This document shows positions 1 through 10,098 of a stretch of DNA of 64,000 bases, one piece after another. The number at the start of each line of letters is the position of its first letter. Positions within the stretch are counted from its first letter, which is position 1. A program made the position numbers and the translations under genes. The notes under the pieces are model-generated. The model had not been told where the DNA came from. It saw only the letters and a list, made by a program, of their open reading frames with translations, and searched no databases. This DNA comes from a virus. The stretch spans positions 1-64,000 of IMG/VR virus record IMGVR_UViG_3300025137_000027. One strand, written 5' to 3'.

Positions 1-98
1 AGCCTAATTTTGTTTTAGCTTCAACCGAGTACACTCACGCCGAGATTAGGGCTTTGATTTTAGATTTTGAACAGGGCTGGGTGGAGGACACCATATAA
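1..98 (+). CDS. 3' end of an upstream gene (partial, hypothetical phage protein)
   Basis: Open frame from nt 3 reads PNFVLASTEYTHAEIRALILDFEQGWVEDTI, stop TAA at 96-98; same strand as the downstream operon. Confidence 0.5.
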   Translation, partial: PNFVLASTEYTHAEIRALILDFEQGWVEDTI

Positions 99-132
99 TC
101 TGAAGAAGACATCATTGTTTAGAAACTAGAAA

Positions 133-639
133 ATGAAAAAGCCAAAACATATGAAGTTAGAACTGTACCGTATGAGTACCGGCAAGGACAGTACACTAGG
201 AACTTTGTTTCTTAGTAAAGGCAAAGACAAAAGAAAGTATCTTTGCTTTACATTAGAGGATGAGCATCGTGACGAGAAGGTGATGGCAGAAACGCGCATC
301 CCGGCTGGCGTATACGATATTAAGCTCAGAGACTTCGGTGGTTACCACCAGAAGTATAGCAAACGTTTTAAAGACATTCACAAAGGAATGTTGTGGCTTC
401 AGGACGTACCAAACTTTAAGTATATACTAATCCACTGTGGCAACACGGAGGAGGATACAGCAGGATGCTTGCTTACCGGCTATGGGCCAAAGCGAGTAAA
501 GGATGGAGAATTTGAATTGTATAATAGCACCCAGGCGTATTTTGATGTGTACCCGCCTATAGCAAACCATCTTGCAGATGGAGGTACCGTAACTATTAAT
601 ATCTATGACTTCGATGAAATTCCAGAACGGATGGGGTAA
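133..639 (+). CDS. DUF5675-family protein, L,D-transpeptidase-like putative endolysin
   Basis: STLGTL...TLED...TRIPAGVY and ILIHCGNTEEDTAGCLL (His/Cys motif) match DUF5675; lies upstream of a holin. Confidence 0.75.
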   Translation: MKKPKHMKLELYRMSTGKDSTLGTLFLSKGKDKRKYLCFTLEDEHRDEKVMAETRIPAGVYDIKLRDFGGYHQKYSKRFKDIHKGMLWLQDVPNFKYILIHCGNTEEDTAGCLLTGYGPKRVKDGEFELYNSTQAYFDVYPPIANHLADGGTVTINIYDFDEIPERMG

Positions 640-769
640 CCCAAATAAGCACGGAGATAAATTTATCTACAAGCTTCGAATCGGCACTATAACGGTGTTT
701 GACTTTATTGTTGACCTGAGTTCTAAAATGTACTCAGTTACTTTTTTCAACTTTACAATTAAGTTCTAA
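614..769 (+). CDS. small 51-aa protein in lysis cassette (below the ORF-track cutoff)
   Basis: MKFQNGWGNPNKHGDKFIYKLRIGTITVFDFIVDLSSKMYSVTFFNFTIKF; fills the gap exactly, stop TAA overlaps the holin ATG (TAATG). Confidence 0.65.
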   Translation: MKFQNGWGNPNKHGDKFIYKLRIGTITVFDFIVDLSSKMYSVTFFNFTIKF

Positions 770-1215
770 TGGACAAACTCCGCGACACTAAACTAGGGTC
801 GTGGCTAAAAGAAAAAGCGCCCAAGATTTTTGAAACAGTAGCCGACGCATTACCTGATGCCGGACTTCTGGGCGTAGTAAAGAACCTTGTAAATGCAGAC
901 AGTAGCCTTAGCCACGAGCAAAAACTAGAGTTCGAACGTCTTGAACAACAAGAGCGTATTGCATTAGAAGAGAACGTTACAAAACGTTGGACAGCTGATG
1001 TAGGATCTAAGAGTTGGCTTTCGAGGAATGTACGTCCCTTGATTGTAATGTCTTTGACTTTTATGTTTTTGGTTTTCATCTTGCTTGATACACTCTCTCC
1101 TGTTGAAGTGCGAGACGCTTGGATTAAGATGTATGAAACTATTCTAATGACTACTATTGGCGGCTACTTTGTAGTGCGTTCTGTAGATAAAAACCAGCTG
1201 CCATGGCAACGTTAA
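769..1215 (+). CDS. putative holin (3TM gene-transfer-release holin-like family)
   Basis: RWTADVGSKSWLSRNVRPL motif followed by two hydrophobic segments and GGYF..RS..K. Confidence 0.7.
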   Translation: MDKLRDTKLGSWLKEKAPKIFETVADALPDAGLLGVVKNLVNADSSLSHEQKLEFERLEQQERIALEENVTKRWTADVGSKSWLSRNVRPLIVMSLTFMFLVFILLDTLSPVEVRDAWIKMYETILMTTIGGYFVVRSVDKNQLPWQR

Positions 1216-1853
1216 ATGAAATTGTATACAACATTGCGCTGCAGGTAGAAAAAGCGGATGACGCGGTACTGCTGGAGCGGTTAAAGTTTCATGTGGCATA
1301 CTACCGTGCGCAGTTTATCCGCCAAGACCAAAAACGTAATCATAGCTTGCCAAGCCAGTTTTTACAAAAGCTTGACTGCTTAGAAATGGAAGCGGCAAGT
1401 GCTATGGAGTGCTGCTCTACTGAAGATATCGGCTGCACAGTTTGGAGAACTAAGAAGACTATTCCTAGACCTGTAAGGATATATGACGGCAGTGAGTTTG
1501 CGTACGTTGGCACAGTGGACGCTAAAGAGCCTTACCAGCGCACTACTGGGGTACAAGCGGAATACGCTAAACACAATAAGTGGACTGCAGACGGAGCAAG
1601 GTATATCTATGCGAATGATCGCATTTATGTACTGAATGCTCGTCCGTCTAAGATTTTATTAAAAGGTATTTTTGAACAGCCTCAAGAGTTAGCGGCGTAC
1701 TTGTGCTGCGATGGCGACGCAATATTTTCAGAAGATAAACAGTATCCTATTTCTATGGACATGGTGCAGCGTGTTACGCAAAGCATTCTTTCTACTGAAA
1801 TGCAATTAGAAAACCGGCAGAATGACAGCGACGAAGTACAGCTCAGCGAGTAG
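1203..1853 (+). CDS. crAss-like tail/neck ring structural protein
   Basis: Size, position before the IHF-like and tail tubular genes, and motifs (YYRAQFI, IFEQP, YPISMDMV) resemble crAss ring proteins. Confidence 0.55.
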   Translation: MATLNEIVYNIALQVEKADDAVLLERLKFHVAYYRAQFIRQDQKRNHSLPSQFLQKLDCLEMEAASAMECCSTEDIGCTVWRTKKTIPRPVRIYDGSEFAYVGTVDAKEPYQRTTGVQAEYAKHNKWTADGARYIYANDRIYVLNARPSKILLKGIFEQPQELAAYLCCDGDAIFSEDKQYPISMDMVQRVTQSILSTEMQLENRQNDSDEVQLSE

Positions 1854-2280
1854 GTATAGTACTAAAGATTCCTACAGATGGTTTAAGAAACAGAATCCTA
1901 GTACAACAATTACTTATTCGTTGTATAAGCATATTATTACAGCGTTTAATAAACGTGTAAGTGATCGGCTACTAGAGGGGCAGGTATTTAATATGGGTCA
2001 AAGACTTGGCTCTTTAAGAATTAAAAAGATACCGCGTACCTTTAACAAGCCTACAATAGATTGGGGAGAGACCAATCGCCTAAAGAAACAGGGGATAAAG
2101 AAGCTTGTTTATTACACCGATGATTTTTATTATAGGTGGAACTGGGACAAGCATAGGTGTTTGGTTAAGAACAAGAGTGTGTACACGTTTGCTCCTACTG
2201 CAGGGCAAAGCGGTAATCGACGTAAGCTCGTACAGAAGTTAAAAACTGATGAATTCGCACACTTGAACTACAAAACATGA
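1822..2280 (+). CDS. IHF/HU-like DNA-binding protein (crAss tail-module type)
   Basis: Basic; helix-helix then LLEGQVFNMGQRLGSLRIKK HU-like arm; IDWGET and YYTD..Y...W motifs; conserved crAss position. Confidence 0.6.
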   Translation: MTATKYSSASRYSTKDSYRWFKKQNPSTTITYSLYKHIITAFNKRVSDRLLEGQVFNMGQRLGSLRIKKIPRTFNKPTIDWGETNRLKKQGIKKLVYYTDDFYYRWNWDKHRCLVKNKSVYTFAPTAGQSGNRRKLVQKLKTDEFAHLNYKT

Positions 2281-3077
2281 TCTACAAAACAGTCTCATCT
2301 AAAGCTGTAATTGCGAAAGTCTTTCGTGATTTAAAGCCTACTACAGATACATGGGTCAATGACTCTGTGGAGTGGATGGGTGAGGCTCTCGAGTTTATCG
2401 GGTATTTTACTGGGTTAGAGAAAAAAGCAATGGAGCTTACTATTTCTAATCACCGTGCTTTACTCCCGTGCGAGCTTGTCGACATTGTTCAGGTAGAATA
2501 CAATGGGAGCCATTTGCACTACGGAACAGATACGACTGGGTATGATCTACCTAATGCTCCTCGTACTACTAACACACAGCCTTATAATGCGTCTGAGATT
2601 ACCACAGGAGCAGTGTTCCAAACTGTAGCAAATGAGCATCCTACAGGCAACAGTACGTACAAGCAGCAGAAAACCATAAAAGCTTCTTCTTACGGAGGAG
2701 GAGACTACTATGTTATTAATCCGGATTACATTCAAACTTCTTTTGAAGAGGGCACTATAAAAGTTCATTACACTGCTTATCCGATTTGCGATGACGGTTA
2801 CCCTAAAATTCCGGACAACATTTATTATAAGCAGGCACTCGAATGGTACATTCTAAGACAGATGATTATGGGGGGTTACACTCATCCGTTTCTGAATTGG
2901 CAGATAGCCGATCAAAAGTGGGGGCATTACTGTGTGGCTGCACAGAACGATGCAGCATACCCGAGCATCGACAAGATGGAGAGCTTCAAAAACATGTGGG
3001 TACGAATGGTTCCCAACATGAATGCACACTCCGATTTCTTTATTGGGAATAACACACAAGAGAGACTGCAGCGATGA
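2277..3077 (+). CDS. tail tubular/ring protein
   Basis: WMGEALEFIG, N-x-x-A-x-LPC, YIQTSFEEG and DGYPKIPD motifs; directly upstream of the tail stabilization gene. Confidence 0.65.
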   Translation: MIYKTVSSKAVIAKVFRDLKPTTDTWVNDSVEWMGEALEFIGYFTGLEKKAMELTISNHRALLPCELVDIVQVEYNGSHLHYGTDTTGYDLPNAPRTTNTQPYNASEITTGAVFQTVANEHPTGNSTYKQQKTIKASSYGGGDYYVINPDYIQTSFEEGTIKVHYTAYPICDDGYPKIPDNIYYKQALEWYILRQMIMGGYTHPFLNWQIADQKWGHYCVAAQNDAAYPSIDKMESFKNMWVRMVPNMNAHSDFFIGNNTQERLQR

Positions 3078-6000
3078 AACCTATCAAAGGCATGAACTTA
3101 GACGTATCTCCGGATGCGCAACCGCCTAATACGTATCGTCACGCGCGTAACTGGGTGTATGACAAAACGTTCGACGGTTTAATGCAAGAACCAGGGCACA
3201 CTGCACTAGCTACCCATCAGAGTAGACACGCTGTTGGGCAACACGCTTATGAAAATGGAGATATTGTTTTCCTAACTGTAGCGTCAAATGCTGCAACAGG
3301 GGGTGAGGAAGTGGTGCTTTATACTGCCGCCACGAATACTTTTAGTGTAGTTTACAATGACTCGGCTTTAGTGTTCAACCGTGCTAGAATCTATGACTTT
3401 GCTTCTTTTCGCAATACGGATAACGAACGTATTCTAATTATTTCAGACGGAATAGATAAACCTCTATCTATAAATATAGATGTTGCAGCAGCTCAGCAGC
3501 CGCCGCACGGGTTGCAATACTTATTTGCAACGAGAGAGCAGGCCAACTTAAAGTTAGATGTAAGAACTTCAGGCTCTCTTGGAGAAGGTTCTTATTTTTT
3601 GGCTATTAGGTATGTTATGAAGGACAAAACCAAGCTCTCTTTTGGCCCAATACATGGACCTTTTACAGTAACGGACTCTGCTGGGTTTATTGTAGAGCTT
3701 ACAAATCTTGATACAAACTACGAAGGATACGAAATTGCCGTTTTAGCATTTGTAAACAACAGCCCGAGTACTTTCATAGGTGCATCAGGGTTAATTACAG
3801 GGGCTACTCTAAACTCTTACATTGAAGGAACTCCTATCGAAGCATTAGTTTTAGAAGACGTAATAGTAGGCGCGACTACTTACCAGACTGCAGGTTCTTT
3901 AGAAGTTCATGAAAACCGCCTTTACTTAGGAAATGTTAGTACGCCTTCAGATCCTGTAGATTTACAGCAGATTGCTAATAAAATTCAACCTATATGGGTT
4001 TTAAGTAGAGGTGTTACTGCGCAACCATCGGAGGAACCCGAGACGTCACGGTTTCAACCAGACGAGGTGTATGCTTTTTATGTATCTTATATTCGAGAGG
4101 ATGGGTCTCAAACTAGAGCTTACCATATCCCAGGACGAGCGGCTAGCTCGACTATTGCGGTTCCTATAACTGCCACAGCTTCTGCTACAGTAAGTACAGG
4201 AACTACGCGTACAATTAACCCAAAAGCAACTCTTAAAGCTATCTTAGAATCTACGTCTACTAATGGAGTAGACAACCATGAGAACGCCCTAGAGTATTTA
4301 AAAAATGACCGTCAGATTTTTGTCAGCGGTGATGCTGAATTTGACACTGTAAAATACTTTCATACGCGCGGTACGGCTAAAGCTTTTACCAATCAAACAG
4401 CTTTTCACTTTGGGGAGTGCGGGTATTGGGAAAACGACAACGAAACATACCCAACGGGGTTTCCTGTAGGCACTACGTATACTTGGAATGCTAGTGGGTT
4501 AAGCGCTGCATCTGTAGATTCTGCTGTAGTTTTAGCGGGGGAAAAAGTCCGACATCATCGTGTACCTTCTTTAGGCTGGATGTTTGAAAACGTAAGTGAC
4601 TTTGATTTTCAAGCAGACAAGGATCACGCATTTCAAATGCGGTTTGAGTACTTGGAGTTGCCGACTGGAATAAAAGGAGCCGTACTATATCATGCAAAAC
4701 GCACTAATTCTAACAATTTAGTTTTAGCCCATACTCCAATCCATTTTGGGGCCGCAAATCACTATTCGGTATGGGGCGAGGGAGGGACTGAGTATAGAGA
4801 CTACTCTACTGTATCTCCGGTAAACGCTCCCTTGCGTAACAATCTTCTTTCTCTTGCAGGTACTTCTCCAGGCGCTCCTATATCTTCTGCTGTTTCAAAC
4901 GCTCTCCGGGATGCTGCAGGAGATCCGAAAAAAGCGGATGGAAGTGCTTTTTCTACAAACGACTACTTTGATGTTGACGACGCCAGTCAGGCTAGCTTAA
5001 GCGTGTGGGATTCGGAGTTTTCTGATCGCGTTAAAGTGCACTACAACAAAGGGGCTGCAATGCCTCACGATTTGCTAGGAGCAAAGCCTGCTTTGCCTCA
5101 AAAAGTATACACGCGTCTTGAGTATGTTTTAATGGCAATGGAAGAGTACCCAGACGACATAAGTGGTCATCCTTCTATTACTGATGGCAATCACCATACT
5201 ATGCAGATTGCGGATACTAACGATGCATATTATTACGCAGATACAACTCTTCCAGGAACCCCGTTACCTAACTCTGCGAATAGATCAGGAGTTTTTAATT
5301 TTGTAGCGCACAACACTCAGATAAATAGACCTTTTCCTCAATCTGAAATTTTACCTACTCGGAATATTCGGTACGTTCCCGCAGGTGTAGTAGATGATGA
5401 AGTAAAGTTTGATAACCGGTTTGGAGCTGAATGTCTTTACTGGGATTACGCATTGCAATCCACTGGTTACGGGAACTATTCAGTTGCTGGTCACCACAAT
5501 ATGGGCGCTCGCATGTGGTATAGCATTTTAAATAATACCAATACTTTTAGCGATGACGGGACAGGGGATACGGATAATGCTAGCTTTACAAATAGTTTAC
5601 CTTCAGGTGGCACAAATACCCAAACTAACAACGCCGGGTATTTTGTAAATACCCAATTTTCGGCTAACGATGTTCTTGCAGTGCAGCGGTTGCCTTTTGT
5701 AAATGTTACAGCTATGCGCTTTGACTGTTATTTTGGGATTGAAGCTCAAGACTTAGTAGCCTGCACTCAAGTAATTACACTCGCTAATACTACCGTAGCG
5801 CCAAATATCAATAGTCAGGCTAGCTCTTTAAGAAGGGTGGCTGAAACTCAGGTTCACGGAGATATTAAGTTTTCGGAACGAAGGTATAGAGTTACGTCTT
5901 CTTCAGGTTGGAATGTAGGGTTTGCTGCTAGCGTAGAAGATCAACTGCAGATTACCACTTTTGCAGCGCCTGATATATCTGCCCAAGCTTTGACTACAGT

Positions 6001-7573
6001 TCCAACGGCTGGCACCATTAATAATTCAAGAGGGTCTGTTCGAATGGTTCACAAAGTCCCAACGTATGGGCCTGTCGAGAGTAAGATTCATCTTGCTGAA
6101 ACCGTGCAAGGTTTAGAATCTGAGTTTGAGGCGTGCTATAGACAAGTAAGTCCTCAAGAAACAAATGATGTTTCTTTTATTTCTAGCTTGTTAAAATTGA
6201 ATGACTGGATTCAGCCTCTGATACATGTAACCACATCTGAGTACCCCACATCTTTTGCGTATCGCATTGCTCGTAGTTCAAAGCAAGATCTTGGTACCTC
6301 CGTTTTGGCGTATAGATCTTTCCCAGCTTTAGACTATTTAGAACAACCTCGAACGCGTGGGGTTATTACAAACTTGCAGAGTTACTCAGATAAACTTTTG
6401 ATTCATCACGAGCAAAGTCTTTTTGTGACGGTAGGTAAAGAATCTGTTGCGACTTCTTCTGGGCAACTTGTTATAGGTACGGGAGATATCTTTCGCGTTA
6501 CTCCTTCGGAAATAGCTCCTAGTGAGTTTGGGTTTGGGGGGACGCAACATAAACAATCAGCTGTACTTACTCCCAGAGGTTATTTTTATGTAGACGCTCT
6601 TCAGGGTAAAGCTTTTTTGTACAATGGCAAACTAGAAGAGATTAGCAATCGCGGTATGCGGGACTACCTTAAGGACGCGCTTAAACTCAATACTACGTGG
6701 TTTCCAGGCGGTAATGCTCAAAGTTACTACCCTGGAGTATTAGCAGAGTATGACTCTGAGTTTAACAGGGTTATGTTAATGATTCGGAATAATACTTGGG
6801 TAGGGTCATATGGCGTAGGAAATACTACTCTTCCTTTTGATTTGAAAGATTATTACGCTAATACCTTCTTTAAAGATCAGACAGAGATACTGTCGTATAG
6901 CTTTAATAACAGTGCTTGGGTAGCTTTTCACGACTTACGTATGAATGCGTTTGTTGCTTCTGGAACAAATTTTTATAGTTGGAATACGGGACCAGTTGCA
7001 TCTCCGCCTCCGGCTGGAACATACTTAAACTTATTTAAGTTAAACGATTTTACAAATGCTTCTATTACGTACCATCACGATAGTGTCACAACAACTGTAG
7101 ATCCTTATATCGATATTGCATTCCCTGCAAAAGAGTCTGTTCAATGGCAATCTTTTTCGTGGCACACAAAGGCTATAGAGCATGTGCCAAATGATGCTAA
7201 TGCAGGGCATATAGATTTAACTAAAACGTTTGTAAAAGCTGCAGTTTATAATGACTACCAGTGTAGCGGAAATCAGACTTTTATTAAACCAGGAGACATT
7301 GATATTCAAACCTACCAGCGAGTGACTCTACGTCATAATGGTACTCAGTATCAGTTTAATGGGTTTAGAGATTTAGTGAATAATCGTTCTCTCAGGTTTA
7401 TTGACGATGCGCAAGAGTTTGTTACTGCTAATATTAATGCGGCTACTGTTTGGCACGATCAAAGACGTTTTAATAGCACTCATGCTATTCTTCGTTTAAT
7501 TGCTCCGACTACTACTACTAATCTGTTATATTTACATGATGTAGATGCTAAAGTGCGTAAGAGTTATAGATAA
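3074..7573 (+). CDS. tail stabilization (muzzle) protein, P22 gp10-like beta-propeller
   Basis: 1499 aa; KGMNLD..P....NTYR.ARN start, NRLYLGN, RFQPDEVYAFY, VRHHRVP, GGTQH, LSYSF...WVAFH; typical of crAss Tstab. Confidence 0.75.
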   Translation: MKPIKGMNLDVSPDAQPPNTYRHARNWVYDKTFDGLMQEPGHTALATHQSRHAVGQHAYENGDIVFLTVASNAATGGEEVVLYTAATNTFSVVYNDSALVFNRARIYDFASFRNTDNERILIISDGIDKPLSINIDVAAAQQPPHGLQYLFATREQANLKLDVRTSGSLGEGSYFLAIRYVMKDKTKLSFGPIHGPFTVTDSAGFIVELTNLDTNYEGYEIAVLAFVNNSPSTFIGASGLITGATLNSYIEGTPIEALVLEDVIVGATTYQTAGSLEVHENRLYLGNVSTPSDPVDLQQIANKIQPIWVLSRGVTAQPSEEPETSRFQPDEVYAFYVSYIREDGSQTRAYHIPGRAASSTIAVPITATASATVSTGTTRTINPKATLKAILESTSTNGVDNHENALEYLKNDRQIFVSGDAEFDTVKYFHTRGTAKAFTNQTAFHFGECGYWENDNETYPTGFPVGTTYTWNASGLSAASVDSAVVLAGEKVRHHRVPSLGWMFENVSDFDFQADKDHAFQMRFEYLELPTGIKGAVLYHAKRTNSNNLVLAHTPIHFGAANHYSVWGEGGTEYRDYSTVSPVNAPLRNNLLSLAGTSPGAPISSAVSNALRDAAGDPKKADGSAFSTNDYFDVDDASQASLSVWDSEFSDRVKVHYNKGAAMPHDLLGAKPALPQKVYTRLEYVLMAMEEYPDDISGHPSITDGNHHTMQIADTNDAYYYADTTLPGTPLPNSANRSGVFNFVAHNTQINRPFPQSEILPTRNIRYVPAGVVDDEVKFDNRFGAECLYWDYALQSTGYGNYSVAGHHNMGARMWYSILNNTNTFSDDGTGDTDNASFTNSLPSGGTNTQTNNAGYFVNTQFSANDVLAVQRLPFVNVTAMRFDCYFGIEAQDLVACTQVITLANTTVAPNINSQASSLRRVAETQVHGDIKFSERRYRVTSSSGWNVGFAASVEDQLQITTFAAPDISAQALTTVPTAGTINNSRGSVRMVHKVPTYGPVESKIHLAETVQGLESEFEACYRQVSPQETNDVSFISSLLKLNDWIQPLIHVTTSEYPTSFAYRIARSSKQDLGTSVLAYRSFPALDYLEQPRTRGVITNLQSYSDKLLIHHEQSLFVTVGKESVATSSGQLVIGTGDIFRVTPSEIAPSEFGFGGTQHKQSAVLTPRGYFYVDALQGKAFLYNGKLEEISNRGMRDYLKDALKLNTTWFPGGNAQSYYPGVLAEYDSEFNRVMLMIRNNTWVGSYGVGNTTLPFDLKDYYANTFFKDQTEILSYSFNNSAWVAFHDLRMNAFVASGTNFYSWNTGPVASPPPAGTYLNLFKLNDFTNASITYHHDSVTTTVDPYIDIAFPAKESVQWQSFSWHTKAIEHVPNDANAGHIDLTKTFVKAAVYNDYQCSGNQTFIKPGDIDIQTYQRVTLRHNGTQYQFNGFRDLVNNRSLRFIDDAQEFVTANINAATVWHDQRRFNSTHAILRLIAPTTTTNLLYLHDVDAKVRKSYR

Positions 7574-7632
7574 CTCGAGAGTAGCAATCAAGTGTATAGA
7601 ATATAAGTACGCGCTCTCACAACATAACTGCT

Positions 7633-7839
7633 ATGAAATACGGTAAGAAAAAGCCTGTTAAAAAGGCTGCTAAAAAGGTGCCTGTCATGACTTATGGTGG
7701 GGCTATGTCAGCTGCTACTCGTCAAATTAAATTGACTAAAGGAGGTAAAACTCCTACGGCTTTAATTAACGCACTTAAAGCTGCGGGACACCTCAAGATG
7801 TTTGGAGGTAAGACTGCGACTTCTAAAAAGAAAAAGTAA
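7633..7839 (+). CDS. small Lys-rich basic protein
   Basis: 68 aa, very K-rich, contains MTYGG and KMFGG. Confidence 0.65.
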   Translation: MKYGKKKPVKKAAKKVPVMTYGGAMSAATRQIKLTKGGKTPTALINALKAAGHLKMFGGKTATSKKKK

Positions 7840-7962
7840 GAGGATTTAAACGTCCTTAAAAGATTAACGAATAGATTCGAAAAGGAAACCCTTGGGGGTC
7901 AGCCTACACGTCTGCCTGCAGTAAAACGTCAGAAAACGTACTACTACTAAACGTAAACGGTG

Positions 7963-10098
7963 ATGAAAGGCTTTTTATTCTTTTTTGGTTCTCTATTGCC
8001 TGCAGTACTGCTTGGACAGAGCTGGGTACTTGTGTCATTGCAAACAGATCTGTACGCGCCTGAAACAAGCTGGGTTATTGTACAGGGGGAGGAGGTAGTA
8101 GAGGAGTCTTCTCTGTATCTTACAGAGTCGTACAATGAAAAGATTGTTTACCTGCAGCCCGGCAATTACGACTTTATTATTTACGATAGTTTTGGCGACG
8201 GTATTTGCTGTGCGTTTGGGGAAGGTTACTTCTCTTTATCTAATTCTTGCGGGTTAGATATTTCGGTATATGATTTTGCATCATCCGCACTGACTGTTCC
8301 TTTTGAAGTTCTGCCCTGCCCACCTCCGATTTTTGGATGCAGTGATCCTCAGGGAGTTAACTACAACCCTTGGGCAAACGTTTCTCAGCCTTGTGTTTAT
8401 CCCCCACAACCTTGCGCGGAAGGAGAAACTACTGTTATTGTTACTGTTACTCCTGATACGTATGCGGGGGAGATTAGTTGGGGGCTTCAGTCTAATGGGG
8501 TAGAGATACTATCGGGCAGTGGGTATACTTCTGTAGGAGTCCCGGTTACATACGATGCATGTATTGCTGTTGCAGACACGCTTGTTTTAGAAGTGCTAGA
8601 CACTTTTGGCGATGGGATGTGCGGAAGCTGCTACGGGGGAGTGGACGGCAATATTTCTATTACAACCTTATGCCAAGACACCCTATTTTATGTAGGCGAT
8701 ACAACGCAATACTCTGCTATTTCTAGTGAGTTAATTATAGTAGAAGAGTGCGTGTTAGATCTGCTTGAAGGATGTACAGATTATAACTTTACTGAGTATG
8801 ACCCGCTTGCTCTTATTGACGACGGTTCTTGTACTACAGAGGTTATTCTAGGTTGCACTATACCAGGCTCTTTAAACTTCAACCCAGAAGCTAATACTTT
8901 AGAAACTAACCCTATATGTATGAGCCTGCTTACTCTAACCGATGGGGCGGGCGATGGCTGGTTTGGAAGTTGGTTAGGCGTTATCCAAGGGGATGAGATT
9001 TTTGGTCCATTTCAAATGGGGCCTAATGATGGCATAGAAGAATTTTTCTATCTCCCGCTCTACTCCGGCGAACCCATTCAAGTTTACTTCTTTACTGGGG
9101 GCAACGCTGAAACCACTGCTGCTCAATGTGGTTTTCTTCTTACCAGTCCTCAAGGCATCTTCTTGGAGGCGGGCAGTAACCCTTGGAACGACGCTATTAA
9201 GAAGTTTCCCTATTCCTATACAGGTGTTCCCTTCTGCAATGACTTGTGTATCGAATCGGTAATCGGGTGTATGGACTCCCAAGCCTGTGATTATAACTCG
9301 CAGTCTAACGTACAAGGGGACTGTACTTTTCCTATTGAGTTCTACAACTGTTCGAACGAGTGCATCTTTGATACTGACAATGATGGTATTTGCGATGAGT
9401 TGGAGGTTGTAGGGTGTATGGATGCTACTGCCTTTAATTACAACGAACTTGCTAGTGACCCAGGAGAATGTGACCCATTTGTCTTTGGGTGTATCGACCC
9501 CACCCAATATAATTACGACCCTGCAGCGAATACGGATAACGGTAGCTGCATTCCCTTTGTGTACGGCTGTACTGATGTACTCGCTATCAACTTTGAGGAG
9601 GACGCGAATACTGACAACGGAGGGTGCGTTGAAGCTGTCATGGGTTGTATGGATCTTGATGCTTATAACTTCGAGGTTTCCGCTAATATAGCGAATAATG
9701 GTATATGCTTGTATGATGCCGGCTGCATTACAGGACCTGGGCAACCTTACTGGGCAAACGACTCTTGCTACTCTTGGGTTATTGAAGTCGATCCTTTTTG
9801 CTGTGAGTCAGAGTGGGACGGGGCATGCCAAGAACTTCACGCTTACTGCGAGTTAGGCTGGCCTACAGATGTTACAGAGATAAATCACACTATTCGAGTG
9901 TATCCTAATCCTGTACAAGACCTGTTAAACATTAGCTGTCCGAATCTGCAATATGCAAAGGCGTATAATAGCCTTGGTCAATTAATTTATGAAGGGGCAG
10001 AGTCTGCAATTAGTACCGAGCACTGGAAACCTGGCGTATATCATGTAACAGTCTACGCTTACTTGCGGTCTTACCAAATTAAAATTGTAAAGTCATGA
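7963..10098 (+). CDS. secreted Cys-rich repeat protein with type IX secretion (T9SS) type A C-terminal sorting domain
   Basis: N-terminal signal peptide; 8 GCxD..A.NY...A..D.G.C repeats; C-terminus VYPNPVQDLLNI...YNSLGQLIY...WKPGVYHVTV...QIKIVKS fits the type A CTD consensus; ATG at 7963 (GTG at 7960 alternative). Confidence 0.85.
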   Translation: MKGFLFFFGSLLPAVLLGQSWVLVSLQTDLYAPETSWVIVQGEEVVEESSLYLTESYNEKIVYLQPGNYDFIIYDSFGDGICCAFGEGYFSLSNSCGLDISVYDFASSALTVPFEVLPCPPPIFGCSDPQGVNYNPWANVSQPCVYPPQPCAEGETTVIVTVTPDTYAGEISWGLQSNGVEILSGSGYTSVGVPVTYDACIAVADTLVLEVLDTFGDGMCGSCYGGVDGNISITTLCQDTLFYVGDTTQYSAISSELIIVEECVLDLLEGCTDYNFTEYDPLALIDDGSCTTEVILGCTIPGSLNFNPEANTLETNPICMSLLTLTDGAGDGWFGSWLGVIQGDEIFGPFQMGPNDGIEEFFYLPLYSGEPIQVYFFTGGNAETTAAQCGFLLTSPQGIFLEAGSNPWNDAIKKFPYSYTGVPFCNDLCIESVIGCMDSQACDYNSQSNVQGDCTFPIEFYNCSNECIFDTDNDGICDELEVVGCMDATAFNYNELASDPGECDPFVFGCIDPTQYNYDPAANTDNGSCIPFVYGCTDVLAINFEEDANTDNGGCVEAVMGCMDLDAYNFEVSANIANNGICLYDAGCITGPGQPYWANDSCYSWVIEVDPFCCESEWDGACQELHAYCELGWPTDVTEINHTIRVYPNPVQDLLNISCPNLQYAKAYNSLGQLIYEGAESAISTEHWKPGVYHVTVYAYLRSYQIKIVKS

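Noticed and set aside
7840-7965. Possible decayed basic-protein gene (RKGNP/GGQPT and VRKRTTTKRKR in different frames) or readthrough of the 7633 ORF
   Set aside because: No start codon, it needs several frameshifts, and it is too short to support
8974-9744. 256-aa antisense ORF and other opposite-strand ORFs inside long genes
   Set aside because: They are shadows of well-supported genes and have no recognisable motifs
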